DNA from: Thermoproteus tenax Kra 1
GTDB taxonomy: Archaea > Thermoproteota > Thermoprotei > Thermoproteales > Thermoproteaceae
Length of the DNA: 32,000 nucleotides
Assembly: GCF_000253055.1 (NCBI RefSeq)
Contig: NC_016070.1
Coordinates: 90,001-122,000, forward strand
Direction: 5' to 3'
The translations under genes were made by a program, and so were the position numbers. Shown piece by piece: positions 18,861-27,323 of the stretch. The notes under the pieces were generated by a model, which saw only the letters and a list, made by a program, of their open reading frames with translations, made no database searches and was not told the DNA's origin. Position 1 is the stretch's first letter. Each line of letters starts with the position of its first letter.

Positions 18861-19708
18861 GTTCTCTCGAATATCGAGAAATAATACGGCGTTTTGGAGA
18901 ACCTCTGCACTCTCGTTAGACCGGCCAACGGCAACAGATCTTCTATCATATCGGCGGTGAACACGTTGTTTCCGCTCCATAGAAAGACAGTCGCTATTGA
19001 GGGTAGCGCCGCTGCGTCCGTATTGCCTACGATGACCTTGCCGCCGCGCCTTAGACGGTCGACAAGACATTTGACCTCCCTGTATGGGTCTATGAACCAG
19101 TGGAAGGACTCAAACAATATCAAAGTATCATATTCGACTCTGCTTATTTCACAGGCGCTCGCGGCCCTCTCTAGAGACGTTATCCCCACCTCCGCTAGAT
19201 CTTTGATGGGCTCCTCACGTCTCTCGTATGTCTTTATATCGAGACCGGCCCTCCTCAGCTCTTCAGCCAGCGGGAATACCTCGCCTAGGAAGGGCGCCAA
19301 GGCTCTGCCTGTCGCTACTTTTTTGACCATTTCTATATAGATGTTCATAATGCTATAGTACCAAGGCGACATCAACATGGAGATCCTTAGGAGCTCAGCC
19401 ATTTCGTCCAGCCTGTTCAGAGATCGAGTAACAGAATCGTGGAAGTCCACAAACTGGACCCCCAGCGTTGACCTCAAAGAGGGCGGCCTCGGGCTCGCCT
19501 TGGGCTCCCCCCTCTGATTTACTTTGTTGCTCAACAGAAGCACCTTAAACAAAGAGTTGGCATATCTGTCGTTGCGACCTCGTAAAACGTTCCACCAGCT
19601 GAGCGCGTAGTACGCGCTTGTATCCAGCAAATCTTTAATGGGGCCTATTAGGGACAGCCTCTGTGCTACAGCCATCGTACGGTCATCCTCTGAAAACAGA
19701 CTAACCAT
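18857..19708 (-). CDS. class I SAM-dependent methyltransferase-like protein (motif I degenerate)
   Basis: The C-terminal half (YDTLILFESFHWFIDPYREVKCLVDRLRRGGKVIVGN) resembles methyltransferase type 11/12 post-I/III motifs. The glycine-rich motif I is not obvious. Confidence 0.45.
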   Translation of the reverse strand: MVSLFSEDDRTMAVAQRLSLIGPIKDLLDTSAYYALSWWNVLRGRNDRYANSLFKVLLLSNKVNQRGEPKASPRPPSLRSTLGVQFVDFHDSVTRSLNRLDEMAELLRISMLMSPWYYSIMNIYIEMVKKVATGRALAPFLGEVFPLAEELRRAGLDIKTYERREEPIKDLAEVGITSLERAASACEISRVEYDTLILFESFHWFIDPYREVKCLVDRLRRGGKVIVGNTDAAALPSIATVFLWSGNNVFTADMIEDLLPLAGLTRVQRFSKTPYYFSIFERT

Positions 19709-19716
19709 CTACTTCT

Positions 19717-20067
19717 TTAATTCATAAACATTTTTAATTTTTTAACTAAATATTCTGGGTTTTTAACGGGACCTTTATGTACTAGTCTTCTATTAAATAT
19801 AATCAACGGAACTTTGCCTGTTCTATATTTGGCCATGAGGTACAGCCCCCTCAGAGTTAGAGGGTTCGTAAATCTGACCCTAAACGAGCCGTTGAGACGC
19901 GACAAAGCCACCAATATTGCCTCAAAGTCGCTATCGCTCTTTTGCCCAAGATCTTCCGTCAACTCTATCTTAAACGCCTTAGCCACACTGTCGCACGTTC
20001 TACAGATACCGGCCCTAGTGGGGACAAACATAACGACCTCGAGCAGAGGCGCCTCCTGGGCGTCCAT
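19717..20067 (-). CDS. thioredoxin-fold CxxC protein (ArsD / DUF1462-like by eye)
   Basis: 116 aa. A beta1-like [16 protein letters not shown] (CxxC) and a C-terminal [26 protein letters not shown], arranged like ArsD/YuzD-type thioredoxin-fold proteins. Confidence 0.5.
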   Translation of the reverse strand: MDAQEAPLLEVVMFVPTRAGICRTCDSVAKAFKIELTEDLGQKSDSDFEAILVALSRLNGSFRVRFTNPLTLRGLYLMAKYRTGKVPLIIFNRRLVHKGPVKNPEYLVKKLKMFMN

Positions 20068-20077
20068 GCTCTTAATG

Positions 20078-20095
20078 TTATTTTTATTAAAAACC
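20078..20095. promoter_or_regulatory. AT-rich bidirectional promoter element (ttatttttattaaaaacc)
   Basis: Lies between the divergent starts 20067 (minus) and 20111 (plus), about 19-24 nt from each. Confidence 0.45.
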
Positions 20096-20110
20096 TTCTG
20101 CGAAGATCAT

Positions 20111-21250
20111 ATGATCCCCATTTCGGTGATGGTCGCCGGGATTGGAACCACTTCGTTCAAGATAAAGGGTAGATACGGCGTTGAGAGGCCGAGCGGCTTC
20201 GCGGCGCCCCTGAGGCCTGCAGTCACTTGGAACATCACCAAAAGGTGCAATCTCAAGTGTCTCCACTGTTATGTCGACGCAGGTCCCGCCGACTCCAGCG
20301 AGCTGACTACGGAGGAGGCCCTAGACGTAGTAGATCAGATGGCCGAGATAGGAGTGCCGATGGTTATATTCTCGGGCGGCGAGCCTCTGCTGAGGCCCGA
20401 CTTCTTTGACGTCGCGTCCTATGCAGGCAGCAAAGGGATAAAGCTCGTCATCTCGACTAACGGCACTCTAATAAGCAAAGAGGTCGCTAAAAGGCTGAAG
20501 GACCTTGGCTTCTACTACGTGGGCATAAGCCTCGACTCGGTAGACGGAGAGTACCACGACTACTTCAGAGGAGTGAAGGGCGCCTTCTCATCGGCGCTAT
20601 TGGGCATAAAGAACGCCGTGAATGCAGGCCTCGACGTAGGTCTCCGGTTCACAGTTACCGCGAAGAACATAGCCGAGGTTCCCAAATACCTGGAGTTCGC
20701 GGCCTCGTTGGGCGTGAGGAGAGTGACCTTCTACCATCTATCAGCAGCGGGGCGCGCCCAGAGGTTGGACAAGAGCTGGTATTATACCCCCGAGCAGTAT
20801 GTCGCCTTTATACACACGTTAATAGAATACGCGAGGAAATACGCAGGCGAGATAGAGATCGAGACCACGCTGGCTCCCTACGACGGCGTGTATATTGCGC
20901 TCACGTTGGGGAACGGCTCCGAGGAGTACCTCAAGTTCGTTGAGTCAGCGGGAGGCTGTGGAAGGAAGATGATCTCGATATATCCAAACGGCGACGTCTA
21001 TCCTTGCCAGTTCCTCGACTTCTACCGTCTGGGCAACGTGAGAGAGAGGAGGCTCAGAGAGATCTTAAGGCCAGATGCCGTAGAGCCCTTCGTCAACACT
21101 GAGAAGTATCTGAGGGGGCCTCGGTGCAGCGCCTGCGCCTACAAGAGGTACTGCAAGGGCGGCGACAGGGCAAGGGCCTACTACCTGACCGGAGACATGT
21201 GGGGCGACGACCCTCTGTGTCCTCTGCCGTCCATTCTGGCCCGGAACTAG
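20111..21250 (+). CDS. radical SAM protein with C-terminal SPASM domain (AhbC/AhbD/NirJ-like)
   Basis: CNLKCLHC (Cx3Cx2C), a GGEPLL motif, and C-terminal Cys clusters (GGCG...YPCQF...[14 protein letters not shown]...DPLCP). I prefer ATG 20111, about 24 nt after the TATA, over the track start 19814, which overlaps the divergent gene. Confidence 0.85.
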   Translation: MIPISVMVAGIGTTSFKIKGRYGVERPSGFAAPLRPAVTWNITKRCNLKCLHCYVDAGPADSSELTTEEALDVVDQMAEIGVPMVIFSGGEPLLRPDFFDVASYAGSKGIKLVISTNGTLISKEVAKRLKDLGFYYVGISLDSVDGEYHDYFRGVKGAFSSALLGIKNAVNAGLDVGLRFTVTAKNIAEVPKYLEFAASLGVRRVTFYHLSAAGRAQRLDKSWYYTPEQYVAFIHTLIEYARKYAGEIEIETTLAPYDGVYIALTLGNGSEEYLKFVESAGGCGRKMISIYPNGDVYPCQFLDFYRLGNVRERRLREILRPDAVEPFVNTEKYLRGPRCSACAYKRYCKGGDRARAYYLTGDMWGDDPLCPLPSILARN

Positions 21251-22305
21251 GCGGCCCCGTGCGTTGAGACGGCTTGTTGGCCCTTGTTGTGTGATCTGCC
21301 CAAGTCCTCTACGGCGAATTTCAAGGCGGCGGCTGCCCTCTCCACATCCGGTACGCGTATGGCCTCGTCCTCTGTGTGGGCAAGCTTGGGATCGCCGGGC
21401 CCGAAAGCCGCTATGTTTTTCGTCAGCTTGATCAACAGGTTGAAGTCGGCCGTTCCATATTTTTTGCTCAACTTGGGCTCAACGCCTATCTTCAACAGCC
21501 CCCTCACAAGCGCCCTGGCCGCGGGGTTCGTCGGGCTCACTTCGGCTGGGTCTACGCACGTCCTCACCACGGCAGGCAACCCCTCGAGCATCTTGAGTAG
21601 TTCCTCGCACGTGTGGCCCGGCGGAATCCTCACGTCCAGCACGGCTGCGCACTCCACTGGGACCTTGTTGGGGGCGTCGCCGCATCTCACCACAGTGGGC
21701 GTCACAGTGAAGTCGTTGTACCTTTCGCCGTGTCTCAACGTCTCCTTAACCTTCAAGTAGGCGTTGTACAGCTCCTCGAACGGATTCCCATATATTGGGC
21801 TGGAGGCGTGGCCGCCCCTTGTGTTAATCCTGAGCTCCACTTTGCCCCCGCCTCTGTAGGCATATGCTACGTGTAGATCAGTGGGCTCGCCCACGTAGAT
21901 GTAGTCGGGCCGCGGGGGCCCGCCCCTCAGTAGCTCCTCTGTGCCCACGCTGTCGTCTTCCTCAGCTGTGACCAGCGTGAGCACCAGAGTGCCGCTGGGA
22001 TTGGCCGTTCTGAAGGCCTCGAGATATGCCACAAGGGGGCCCTTATCGTCGACGGCCCCCCGCCCCCTCACCACGTCGCCCTCATCTCTCACCTCAAGCG
22101 GCCCAGCGACTGTGTCCATATGTGCGTGAAGCCATATGACCGGCTGGCCCCGCCCCCTCACTGCGATCACGTTGCCGGCCGAGTCTATCCATGCATCATC
22201 GGCGTGGTCTCTGGCGATACCCAACAGGAACTTCGCCAGCTCGCCCTCCCCATGCGAGGGGCTATATATGCTGAGCGCGCGCAACAATAGGCCCTTTAGG
22301 TCCAT
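21247..22305 (-). CDS. lysK: [LysW]-lysine/[LysW]-ornithine hydrolase (M20 family, ArgE/LysK)
   Basis: 352 aa. M20 motifs HAHMDTV and GRGAVDDKG. It sits in a lysW/X/Y/Z cluster. A TATA lies about 25 nt upstream. Confidence 0.85.
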   Translation of the reverse strand: MDLKGLLLRALSIYSPSHGEGELAKFLLGIARDHADDAWIDSAGNVIAVRGRGQPVIWLHAHMDTVAGPLEVRDEGDVVRGRGAVDDKGPLVAYLEAFRTANPSGTLVLTLVTAEEDDSVGTEELLRGGPPRPDYIYVGEPTDLHVAYAYRGGGKVELRINTRGGHASSPIYGNPFEELYNAYLKVKETLRHGERYNDFTVTPTVVRCGDAPNKVPVECAAVLDVRIPPGHTCEELLKMLEGLPAVVRTCVDPAEVSPTNPAARALVRGLLKIGVEPKLSKKYGTADFNLLIKLTKNIAAFGPGDPKLAHTEDEAIRVPDVERAAAALKFAVEDLGRSHNKGQQAVSTHGAA

Positions 22306-22370
22306 GGCCTCCTAATAGAAACGGAATATAAAAATTAGGCGGAAGTTCGGCGCACTCCGTGGGAGTTAAG

Positions 22371-22380
22371 TTTTTATATA
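22371..22380 (+). promoter_or_regulatory. TATA-like box (tttttatata) of the lysX-like/lysY/lysZ operon
   Basis: Its centre is about 22 nt upstream of ATG 22398. Confidence 0.55.
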
Positions 22381-22397
22381 GGCTCGGTCGGGCCCCT

Positions 22398-22466
22398 ATG
22401 GAATTTGCGGGGAAAGCGGGGCCAGCGGGGCGAAGATATATATCATCTCCGAGAAGCCCGAGCTAG
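22398..22466 (+). promoter_or_regulatory. 22-codon leader ORF (MEFAGKAGPAGRRYISSPRSPS) with three tandem GCGGGG+codon units; candidate -1 frameshift sensor
   Basis: GCGGGGAAA, GCGGGGCCA and GCGGGGCGA at 22407-22433. The leader frame is +1 relative to the downstream enzyme frame, which is open from 22382 but has no ATG, GTG or TTG before 22478. Confidence 0.55.
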
Positions 22467-23083
22467 GGGAGAGGCTTTTGGCCAAGTTTATATCGGCCCG
22501 GGGTCTCTCAGCCGAGATAGTTGGCCTTGAGGGCGGCATCTCCTCGCCGGAGGGGCTCGCCGTAATTAGGACTAGGAACCAGTACTTGGGAGCGACCTAC
22601 GCCGCTGTATTTAGGCGGGCTGTTAACCAGGCCCACGCCATTTATAATGCCTTGAACAGACTCTACTGGTTGCCCAAGTTCGGCCCGCCCTTCATGGCGT
22701 TCGTCGAAGAGGACGCCGTAGAGAAAGTTGAGTTCGGCCCGCCCTGGCTCTTGGCTACTGCGTGGCGCCTCGGGCTTGACAGCGTAGTGACGAGCGTTGA
22801 GGGGGCCAAGAGCGTGGTGGAGCACCGCTCCTACATGAGGAATCCCCTGGCCAAGGCCAGCGTAGTGATGCCCAAGCCCAGGGAGGTCAAAAGGGTCTTC
22901 GCCGTGGCAGGCATGTCCGACGGAATAGTGGACGAACTCTTGAGGGCCACAGGCTTGAGATACGCCGAGGTGGCCCTGGGCGTGTACGAGGACGGCGAGC
23001 GCGTCATAGACGTCGACCCCATCCCCGAGCTCGACGAGGCCCGCGCAAGGCTCTTGGCAGAATTTCTGGCGTCGGAGACATGA
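22398..23083 (+). CDS. short, divergent RimK/LysX/ArgX-like protein (expression appears to need a -1 shift from ATG 22398)
   Basis: The enzyme frame begins ...AKIYIISEKPELGERLLAKFISARGLSAEIV, which resembles a pre-ATP-grasp N-terminus. The C-terminus ...GLRYAEVALGVYEDGERVIDVDPIPEL resembles the end of an ATP-grasp. It occupies the first slot of the lysY-lysZ operon. It is only about 215 aa and lacks an obvious central ATP-grasp domain. Confidence 0.45.
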
Positions 23084-24135
23084 AGGTCTGTATAATAGGC
23101 GCATCGGGGTTCACGGGGGGCGAGCTCCTGAGAATACTTCTCAGCCACAGCGGAGTGGAGGTCGTCTGTGCCACGTCTAGGAAGTTCAAGGGCGAGTACG
23201 TCTACAGAGTGCACCCAAATCTGAGGGGGTTCACAAACCTCAAGTTTGTGGAGCCGAGCATAGACGTAGCCCTTAAGGCCGACGCCGTGTTCTTGGCGCT
23301 TCCTCACGGCGAGTCTGTCAAGTGGGTCCCCCAGCTCTACGAACACGGCCTGTACGTCGTAGATCTCAGCGCAGACTTCAGACTGAAGGACCCTAACGCC
23401 TACGTAGAGTGGTACAGATGGCCTCAGCCCCATCCCTACCCCGATCTGCTTAAGAGGGCCGTCTACGGGTTGCCCGAGTTGCACAGAGAGGAGCTCCCCG
23501 GCGCTAAGTTGATCGCATCGCCGGGCTGCACAGCGACGGCGTCCATCATGGCTCTGGCGCCTCTCGCAAAGGAGGGCCTCATAGACTCCGGCCCCATCGT
23601 CGTCGACGTCAAGATGGGCTCCTCGGGCGCCGGAGCAGAGGGCTCAGTGTTGGACATGCACAGCCACAGGACGTACGTGATAAGGCCCTACGAGCCCGTG
23701 CACCACAGACATACGGCTGAGGTCGAGCAAGAGCTCACTAGGCTGGCCGGCAGAGAGGTAAAAGTTGCCTACACGCCGCACGCAGTGGATGTTGTCAGAG
23801 GCATTCTCTCGACGGGGCACGTCTTTACTGAGAAGGACGTGGAGGAGCCCTCCCTCTGGAAGGCCTATCGATCTCTATACGGAGACAGCAAGTTCGTGAG
23901 AATAGTGAAGGACAAGATAGGGCTTGCGCGCTACCCGAATATAAAGTACATCTTGGGCACTAATATAGTGGACGTCGGCTTCGAGATAGATAGAAGGATG
24001 AGGAGGATAGTGGCGTTCGCAGCCCTAGACAACCTCGTCAGAGGCGCCGGCGGACAGGCAGTGCAAGCCTTCAATATAGCTGTGGGCTTCCCTGAGGACG
24101 AAGGACTTAGATATATACCGCCCCACCCGATATGA
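23080..24135 (+). CDS. lysY: [LysW]-aminoadipyl/glutamyl-phosphate reductase (ArgC family)
   Basis: [18 protein letters not shown] Rossmann start and the catalytic SPGCTATA motif. ATGA overlap with the upstream gene. Confidence 0.9.
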   Translation: MKVCIIGASGFTGGELLRILLSHSGVEVVCATSRKFKGEYVYRVHPNLRGFTNLKFVEPSIDVALKADAVFLALPHGESVKWVPQLYEHGLYVVDLSADFRLKDPNAYVEWYRWPQPHPYPDLLKRAVYGLPELHREELPGAKLIASPGCTATASIMALAPLAKEGLIDSGPIVVDVKMGSSGAGAEGSVLDMHSHRTYVIRPYEPVHHRHTAEVEQELTRLAGREVKVAYTPHAVDVVRGILSTGHVFTEKDVEEPSLWKAYRSLYGDSKFVRIVKDKIGLARYPNIKYILGTNIVDVGFEIDRRMRRIVAFAALDNLVRGAGGQAVQAFNIAVGFPEDEGLRYIPPHPI

Positions 24136-24917
24136 TAATAGTAGTCAAGTTGGGCGGCTCTGTAGTCTGCAAGGACCCCTCAAAGGCCATAGCGGACTTA
24201 GCCAAATACGCCGATGTGGCAGTCGTAGTACATGGGGGCGGCTGTATGGTGAACGAGGTGATGAAGGCGATGGGGCTCCAACCCAAGTTTCTCACGCATC
24301 CCGGCGGAGTAGTCAGCAGATTTACCGACTATGAGACATTGAGGGCCTTCGTGATGACCATGATGTGGATAAACAAGAACATAGTGGCCTCTCTGGCATC
24401 GCTCAGAGTGCCCGCGCTAGGTCTCTCAGGCGCCGACAACATGGTGTTGAGGGCTAAGAGGAAGGAGAAAGTGATAATAGTCGACGAGAGGGGCAGACAG
24501 AGGGTCGTCGATGGAGGCTACAGCGGCAAGATCACTGAGATAGACGTCAAAGCGCTTCTGCCGCCGCCGCTCAAAGTGTTGGCGCCGATCGCCGTATCGG
24601 AGAAGGGCGAGCTCCTGAATATAGATGGAGATCAAGTGGCCTTTGAGATAGCCTCGAGGCTCATGAGCAAACTGGTGATATTGAGCGACGTTGACGGTTT
24701 GATCATAGGGGGAAAAGTCGTGGGCAGACTCACGCCCCAGGAGGCCCTCGAGCTGGCCAAGTCGGACGAGGTCAAGGGAGGCATGAAGAGGAAGTTGATC
24801 GCGGCAGCCGAGGCGGCCAAAAGCGGAGTAGAGACCATAATATACAACGGTCTCGTCGAGTCACCCATAGAGAAGGCCCTCGCCGGAGCGGGTACTCATA
24901 TTATACCTAGTTCCTAA
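24132..24917 (+). CDS. lysZ: [LysW]-aminoadipate/glutamate kinase (ArgB family)
   Basis: IVVKLGGSV and VVVHGGG amino-acid-kinase motifs. ATGA overlap with lysY. Confidence 0.9.
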   Translation: MIIVVKLGGSVVCKDPSKAIADLAKYADVAVVVHGGGCMVNEVMKAMGLQPKFLTHPGGVVSRFTDYETLRAFVMTMMWINKNIVASLASLRVPALGLSGADNMVLRAKRKEKVIIVDERGRQRVVDGGYSGKITEIDVKALLPPPLKVLAPIAVSEKGELLNIDGDQVAFEIASRLMSKLVILSDVDGLIIGGKVVGRLTPQEALELAKSDEVKGGMKRKLIAAAEAAKSGVETIIYNGLVESPIEKALAGAGTHIIPSS

Positions 24918-24961
24918 TTAAAGGGAAGAAAAATTTAAATACTATTTAAAAAAGGACTAAT

Positions 24962-25147
24962 ATGGCTAAAGTAAAGCTAACGGCAGTATGTAAAGTATGT
25001 GGTAGCGAGATAGAGCTTCCCGAGGACGTGATGGACGGCGAGATCACTTCGTGTCCCACGTGCGGCACACGTTATATTGTCAGACTGAAGGGCGAGAAAG
25101 TCGAGCTGGAGGAGTTCAAGGGGGACGTGGAGGACTACGGAGAATAA
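24962..25147 (+). CDS. lysW: amino-group carrier protein LysW
   Basis: 61 aa. Zinc ribbon CKVCGS...CPTCG and an acidic C-terminal tail ending EDYGE (LysW-type EDWGE). It has its own TATA about 25 nt upstream. Confidence 0.9.
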   Translation: MAKVKLTAVCKVCGSEIELPEDVMDGEITSCPTCGTRYIVRLKGEKVELEEFKGDVEDYGE

Positions 25148-25165
25148 TCCTCGCTTTTTATCAAC

Positions 25166-25175
25166 ATTTTAATAC
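25166..25175 (+). promoter_or_regulatory. TATA-like box (attttaatac) of argG
   Basis: Its centre is about 23-24 nt upstream of ATG 25194. Confidence 0.55.
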
Positions 25176-25193
25176 GAGCTATTAAGCCCCTCC

Positions 25194-25232
25194 ATGCCCT
25201 CGGGGCGAGAAAGATCAGTAGAATCGCGTTAG
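25194..25232 (+). promoter_or_regulatory. 12-codon leader ORF (MPSGRERSVESR) with UCG GGG CGA; candidate -1 frameshift sensor for arginine
   Basis: ATG 25194 is +1 relative to the argG frame. The G-run 25202-25205 is followed by the Arg codon CGA. 3 of the 12 leader codons are Arg. Confidence 0.55.
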
Positions 25233-26404
25233 CGTATTCGGGCGGTTTGGACACCACTGTTGCGATAAAGTGGCTATCCGAGAAGTATAACGCTGAGGTC
25301 ATAACAGTGACTGTAGATGTGGGCCAGGAGGAGGACTTCCAAGAGGTCGAGTCTAGAGCGTATAAAGCGGGCGCGGCGAAACACTACACTATAGACGCCA
25401 AGAGGGAATTCGCCGAGGAATATATAGCTAGAGCGGTGCTGATGAACGCGATGTACGAGGGGAAATATCCCCTCGGGACAGCCCTCGCGAGGCCTCTGAT
25501 TGTGTCGAAGACCGTCGAGGTAGCAAGGCGCGAGGGGGCAGACGCAATAGCCCATGGGAGCACCAGTAAGGGCAACGACCAAGTGCGTTTCGATGTGACG
25601 GCCAAGGCGTTGGCCCCCGATCTAGAGATCTTGGCGCCAGCCAGAGTGTGGGGCATGGGGAGGGAGCAAGAGATCGACTACGCGAGGAGACACGGCATAC
25701 CTATACCGGAGGCCCACAAGAAGTACAGCATCGACGAAAACTTGTGGACGCGCTCCATTGAGGGAGGGCCTGTCGACGACCAGAGAGCTGAGCCGCCCGA
25801 GGACGCCTTTAAGTGGACTGTACAGCCCGAGAAGGCGCCTGACCAGCCGACATATGTCGAGATAGAGTTCTCCAACGGGCTCCCTAGGTCGATAAACGGA
25901 GAGCGCGTGGACATGCTCCAAGCAGTCAGAGCGTTGAACAACGTGGGAGGTCTGAACGGCGTTGGGCGCATTGACCACATTGAGAGCAGGCTCGTGGGAT
26001 TCAAGAGCCGCGAAGTATACGAGGCGCCGGCGGCGGTGATACTCTACGAGGCCCACCGCGATTTAGAGAAGTTGGTCCTCACGCCGAGGGAGCTACGGTT
26101 TAAACACACTGTGTTGGACCCCCTATGGGCAGATCTAGTGTATCAAGGCCTGTGGGTTGAACCGTTGAGGCAGTCGCTGGAGGCCGCCGCCAGAGAGATG
26201 GAAAGATGGGTGGACGGCTGGGTGAAAGTTAAGCTGTATAGAGGGTCTCTACAGGTGGTCGCCCGCGACTCTAAATACGGAACATACAGCAGAGATATAG
26301 CGGATTACTCCACGGGGTGGTATCCCTCAGACGAGGAAGCGCGCGGCTTCATAGAGATGTGGTCGCTCCACAGCCTCCTGGCATTGAAAAAACGTGGTCA
26401 ATAA
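25194..26404 (+). CDS. argG: argininosuccinate synthase (body in frame from 25202; appears to need a -1 shift from ATG 25194)
   Basis: RIALAYSGGLDTTVAIKWL PP-loop N-terminus, plus the GSTSKGNDQVRF and ENLWTRS(I)EGG motifs. The track start TTG 25247 would delete the AYSGG part of the ATP-binding motif. There is no in-frame ATG, GTG or TTG upstream of it. Confidence 0.9.
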
Positions 26405-26554
26405 ATTCAAAGCTAAATATTATAATTCCAATAATAAATACAGATATAGAATAAAAAGATTTTAATATTATTAAAAATAAAAATAGTTTGCAAATTTAGA
26501 TATTACTCTATATAAGCGATGAAAGAGATATAAAGAGGATGAAAGGGGTCTTCG

Positions 26555-26725
26555 ATGGGGTCAGGATCGCCCAAGCTGAACACTGTGGTGTGTCCCAACT
26601 GCAAACGCCCCGTGAGACCGAAGGAGTGTAGCAGAAAAAGCTTGTCGAAAAGATACGTGTTAGTGACGTACTGTTGCCCGAGGTGTGGTATAGAGCTGAT
26701 CACTGAACATATAGAGGTTACATAA
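26555..26725 (+). CDS. small zinc-ribbon protein (56 aa; below the ORF-track size cutoff)
   Basis: MGSGSPKLNTVVCPNCKRPV...YCCPRCGIELITEHIEVT has two CPxC pairs about 27 residues apart. ATG 26555 lies about 24 nt after gatataaagagg. Confidence 0.4.
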   Translation: MGSGSPKLNTVVCPNCKRPVRPKECSRKSLSKRYVLVTYCCPRCGIELITEHIEVT

Positions 26726-26780
26726 AGTCAGCGAGGATTATATACTAGCCACCTATTTTTAAAAACAGATCGGCCCGACT

Positions 26781-27323
26781 GTGGAGATTCTGTTGCTCCT
26801 CCACGGTTCCAAGGATCCCAGATATCGCGAATCAGTAGAGAGATTCGCGGGGAGGCTCGGGCTCAAGTACGCGTTCCTCGAGGGCTTTGAGCCGAGACCC
26901 GGCGTATTATATCTCCCCATCTTCGTCGCCCCAGGCGCCGACTACAGAAAAGCTCTGTCGTTGGCAAACCTCAAGGCGCCGCCATTGATTAGATGGCCGG
27001 GCTTCGCCGACTATCTGAGATCGCTTAGGGCAGACGTCTATATATTTCACGGAAGCGACGAGCCTGAGTACATAAACGAGGTCGCCTCATTGGGGCTCAG
27101 ATTCGCTTTCATCGAGGGCGAGCCCTCTCTGAAGTCTGTGGGCTGTAGAGGGCTTGGGGCGCCTGTAGTGTTGACGCGCGGCATTATCTACGACAGAGCC
27201 TCCGAGTTGTGGAGGGAGGCGGGCTGTCGCTACGAGCTTCTGCCGCCACTCTTCGAACAGGAGGGCTTCGTACAGTATTTCTCCTCAGCGCTCAGCTCGT
27301 TGTTGGCCAAGATTCAACAATAG
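26781..27323 (+). CDS. CbiX/SirB-like sirohydrochlorin chelatase (small type)
   Basis: 180 aa. The (V)EILLLLHGSKDP start resembles the CbiX HGS motif, and there is a second IFHGSDEP repeat. GTG start about 22 nt after ctatttttaaaaac. Confidence 0.5.
   Translation: MEILLLLHGSKDPRYRESVERFAGRLGLKYAFLEGFEPRPGVLYLPIFVAPGADYRKALSLANLKAPPLIRWPGFADYLRSLRADVYIFHGSDEPEYINEVASLGLRFAFIEGEPSLKSVGCRGLGAPVVLTRGIIYDRASELWREAGCRYELLPPLFEQEGFVQYFSSALSSLLAKIQQ

Noticed and set aside
22427-22430. Explaining all the out-of-frame starts as simple homopolymer (G-run) sequencing errors.
   Set aside because: I have not fully rejected this and it must be checked. It does not explain why the codon after the G-run matches the pathway product in every case, why the sites are repeated in tandem, or why no other gene in the window shows a G-run frameshift.
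25247-25249. TTG 25247 as the argG start, and TTG 22478 as the lysX-like start.
   Set aside because: TTG 25247 would remove the AYSGG part of the conserved ATP-binding motif of argininosuccinate synthase. TTG 22478 would remove the conserved-looking first strand KIYIIS. Both frames stay open upstream but lack canonical starts.
26405-26550. The AT-rich spacer as a replication origin.
   Set aside because: I see no repeated ORB-like inverted repeats and no adjacent cdc6/orc1 gene. The region is more simply explained as terminator and promoter sequence between argG and the small ORF.
26539-26557. A possible +1 slip (ATG AAA GGG G) from ATG 26539 into the zinc-ribbon ORF frame.
   Set aside because: The zinc-ribbon ORF has its own ATG (26555) with good TATA spacing. 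The geometry differs from the four -1 leaders, and no pathway logic applies. It is probably coincidental.
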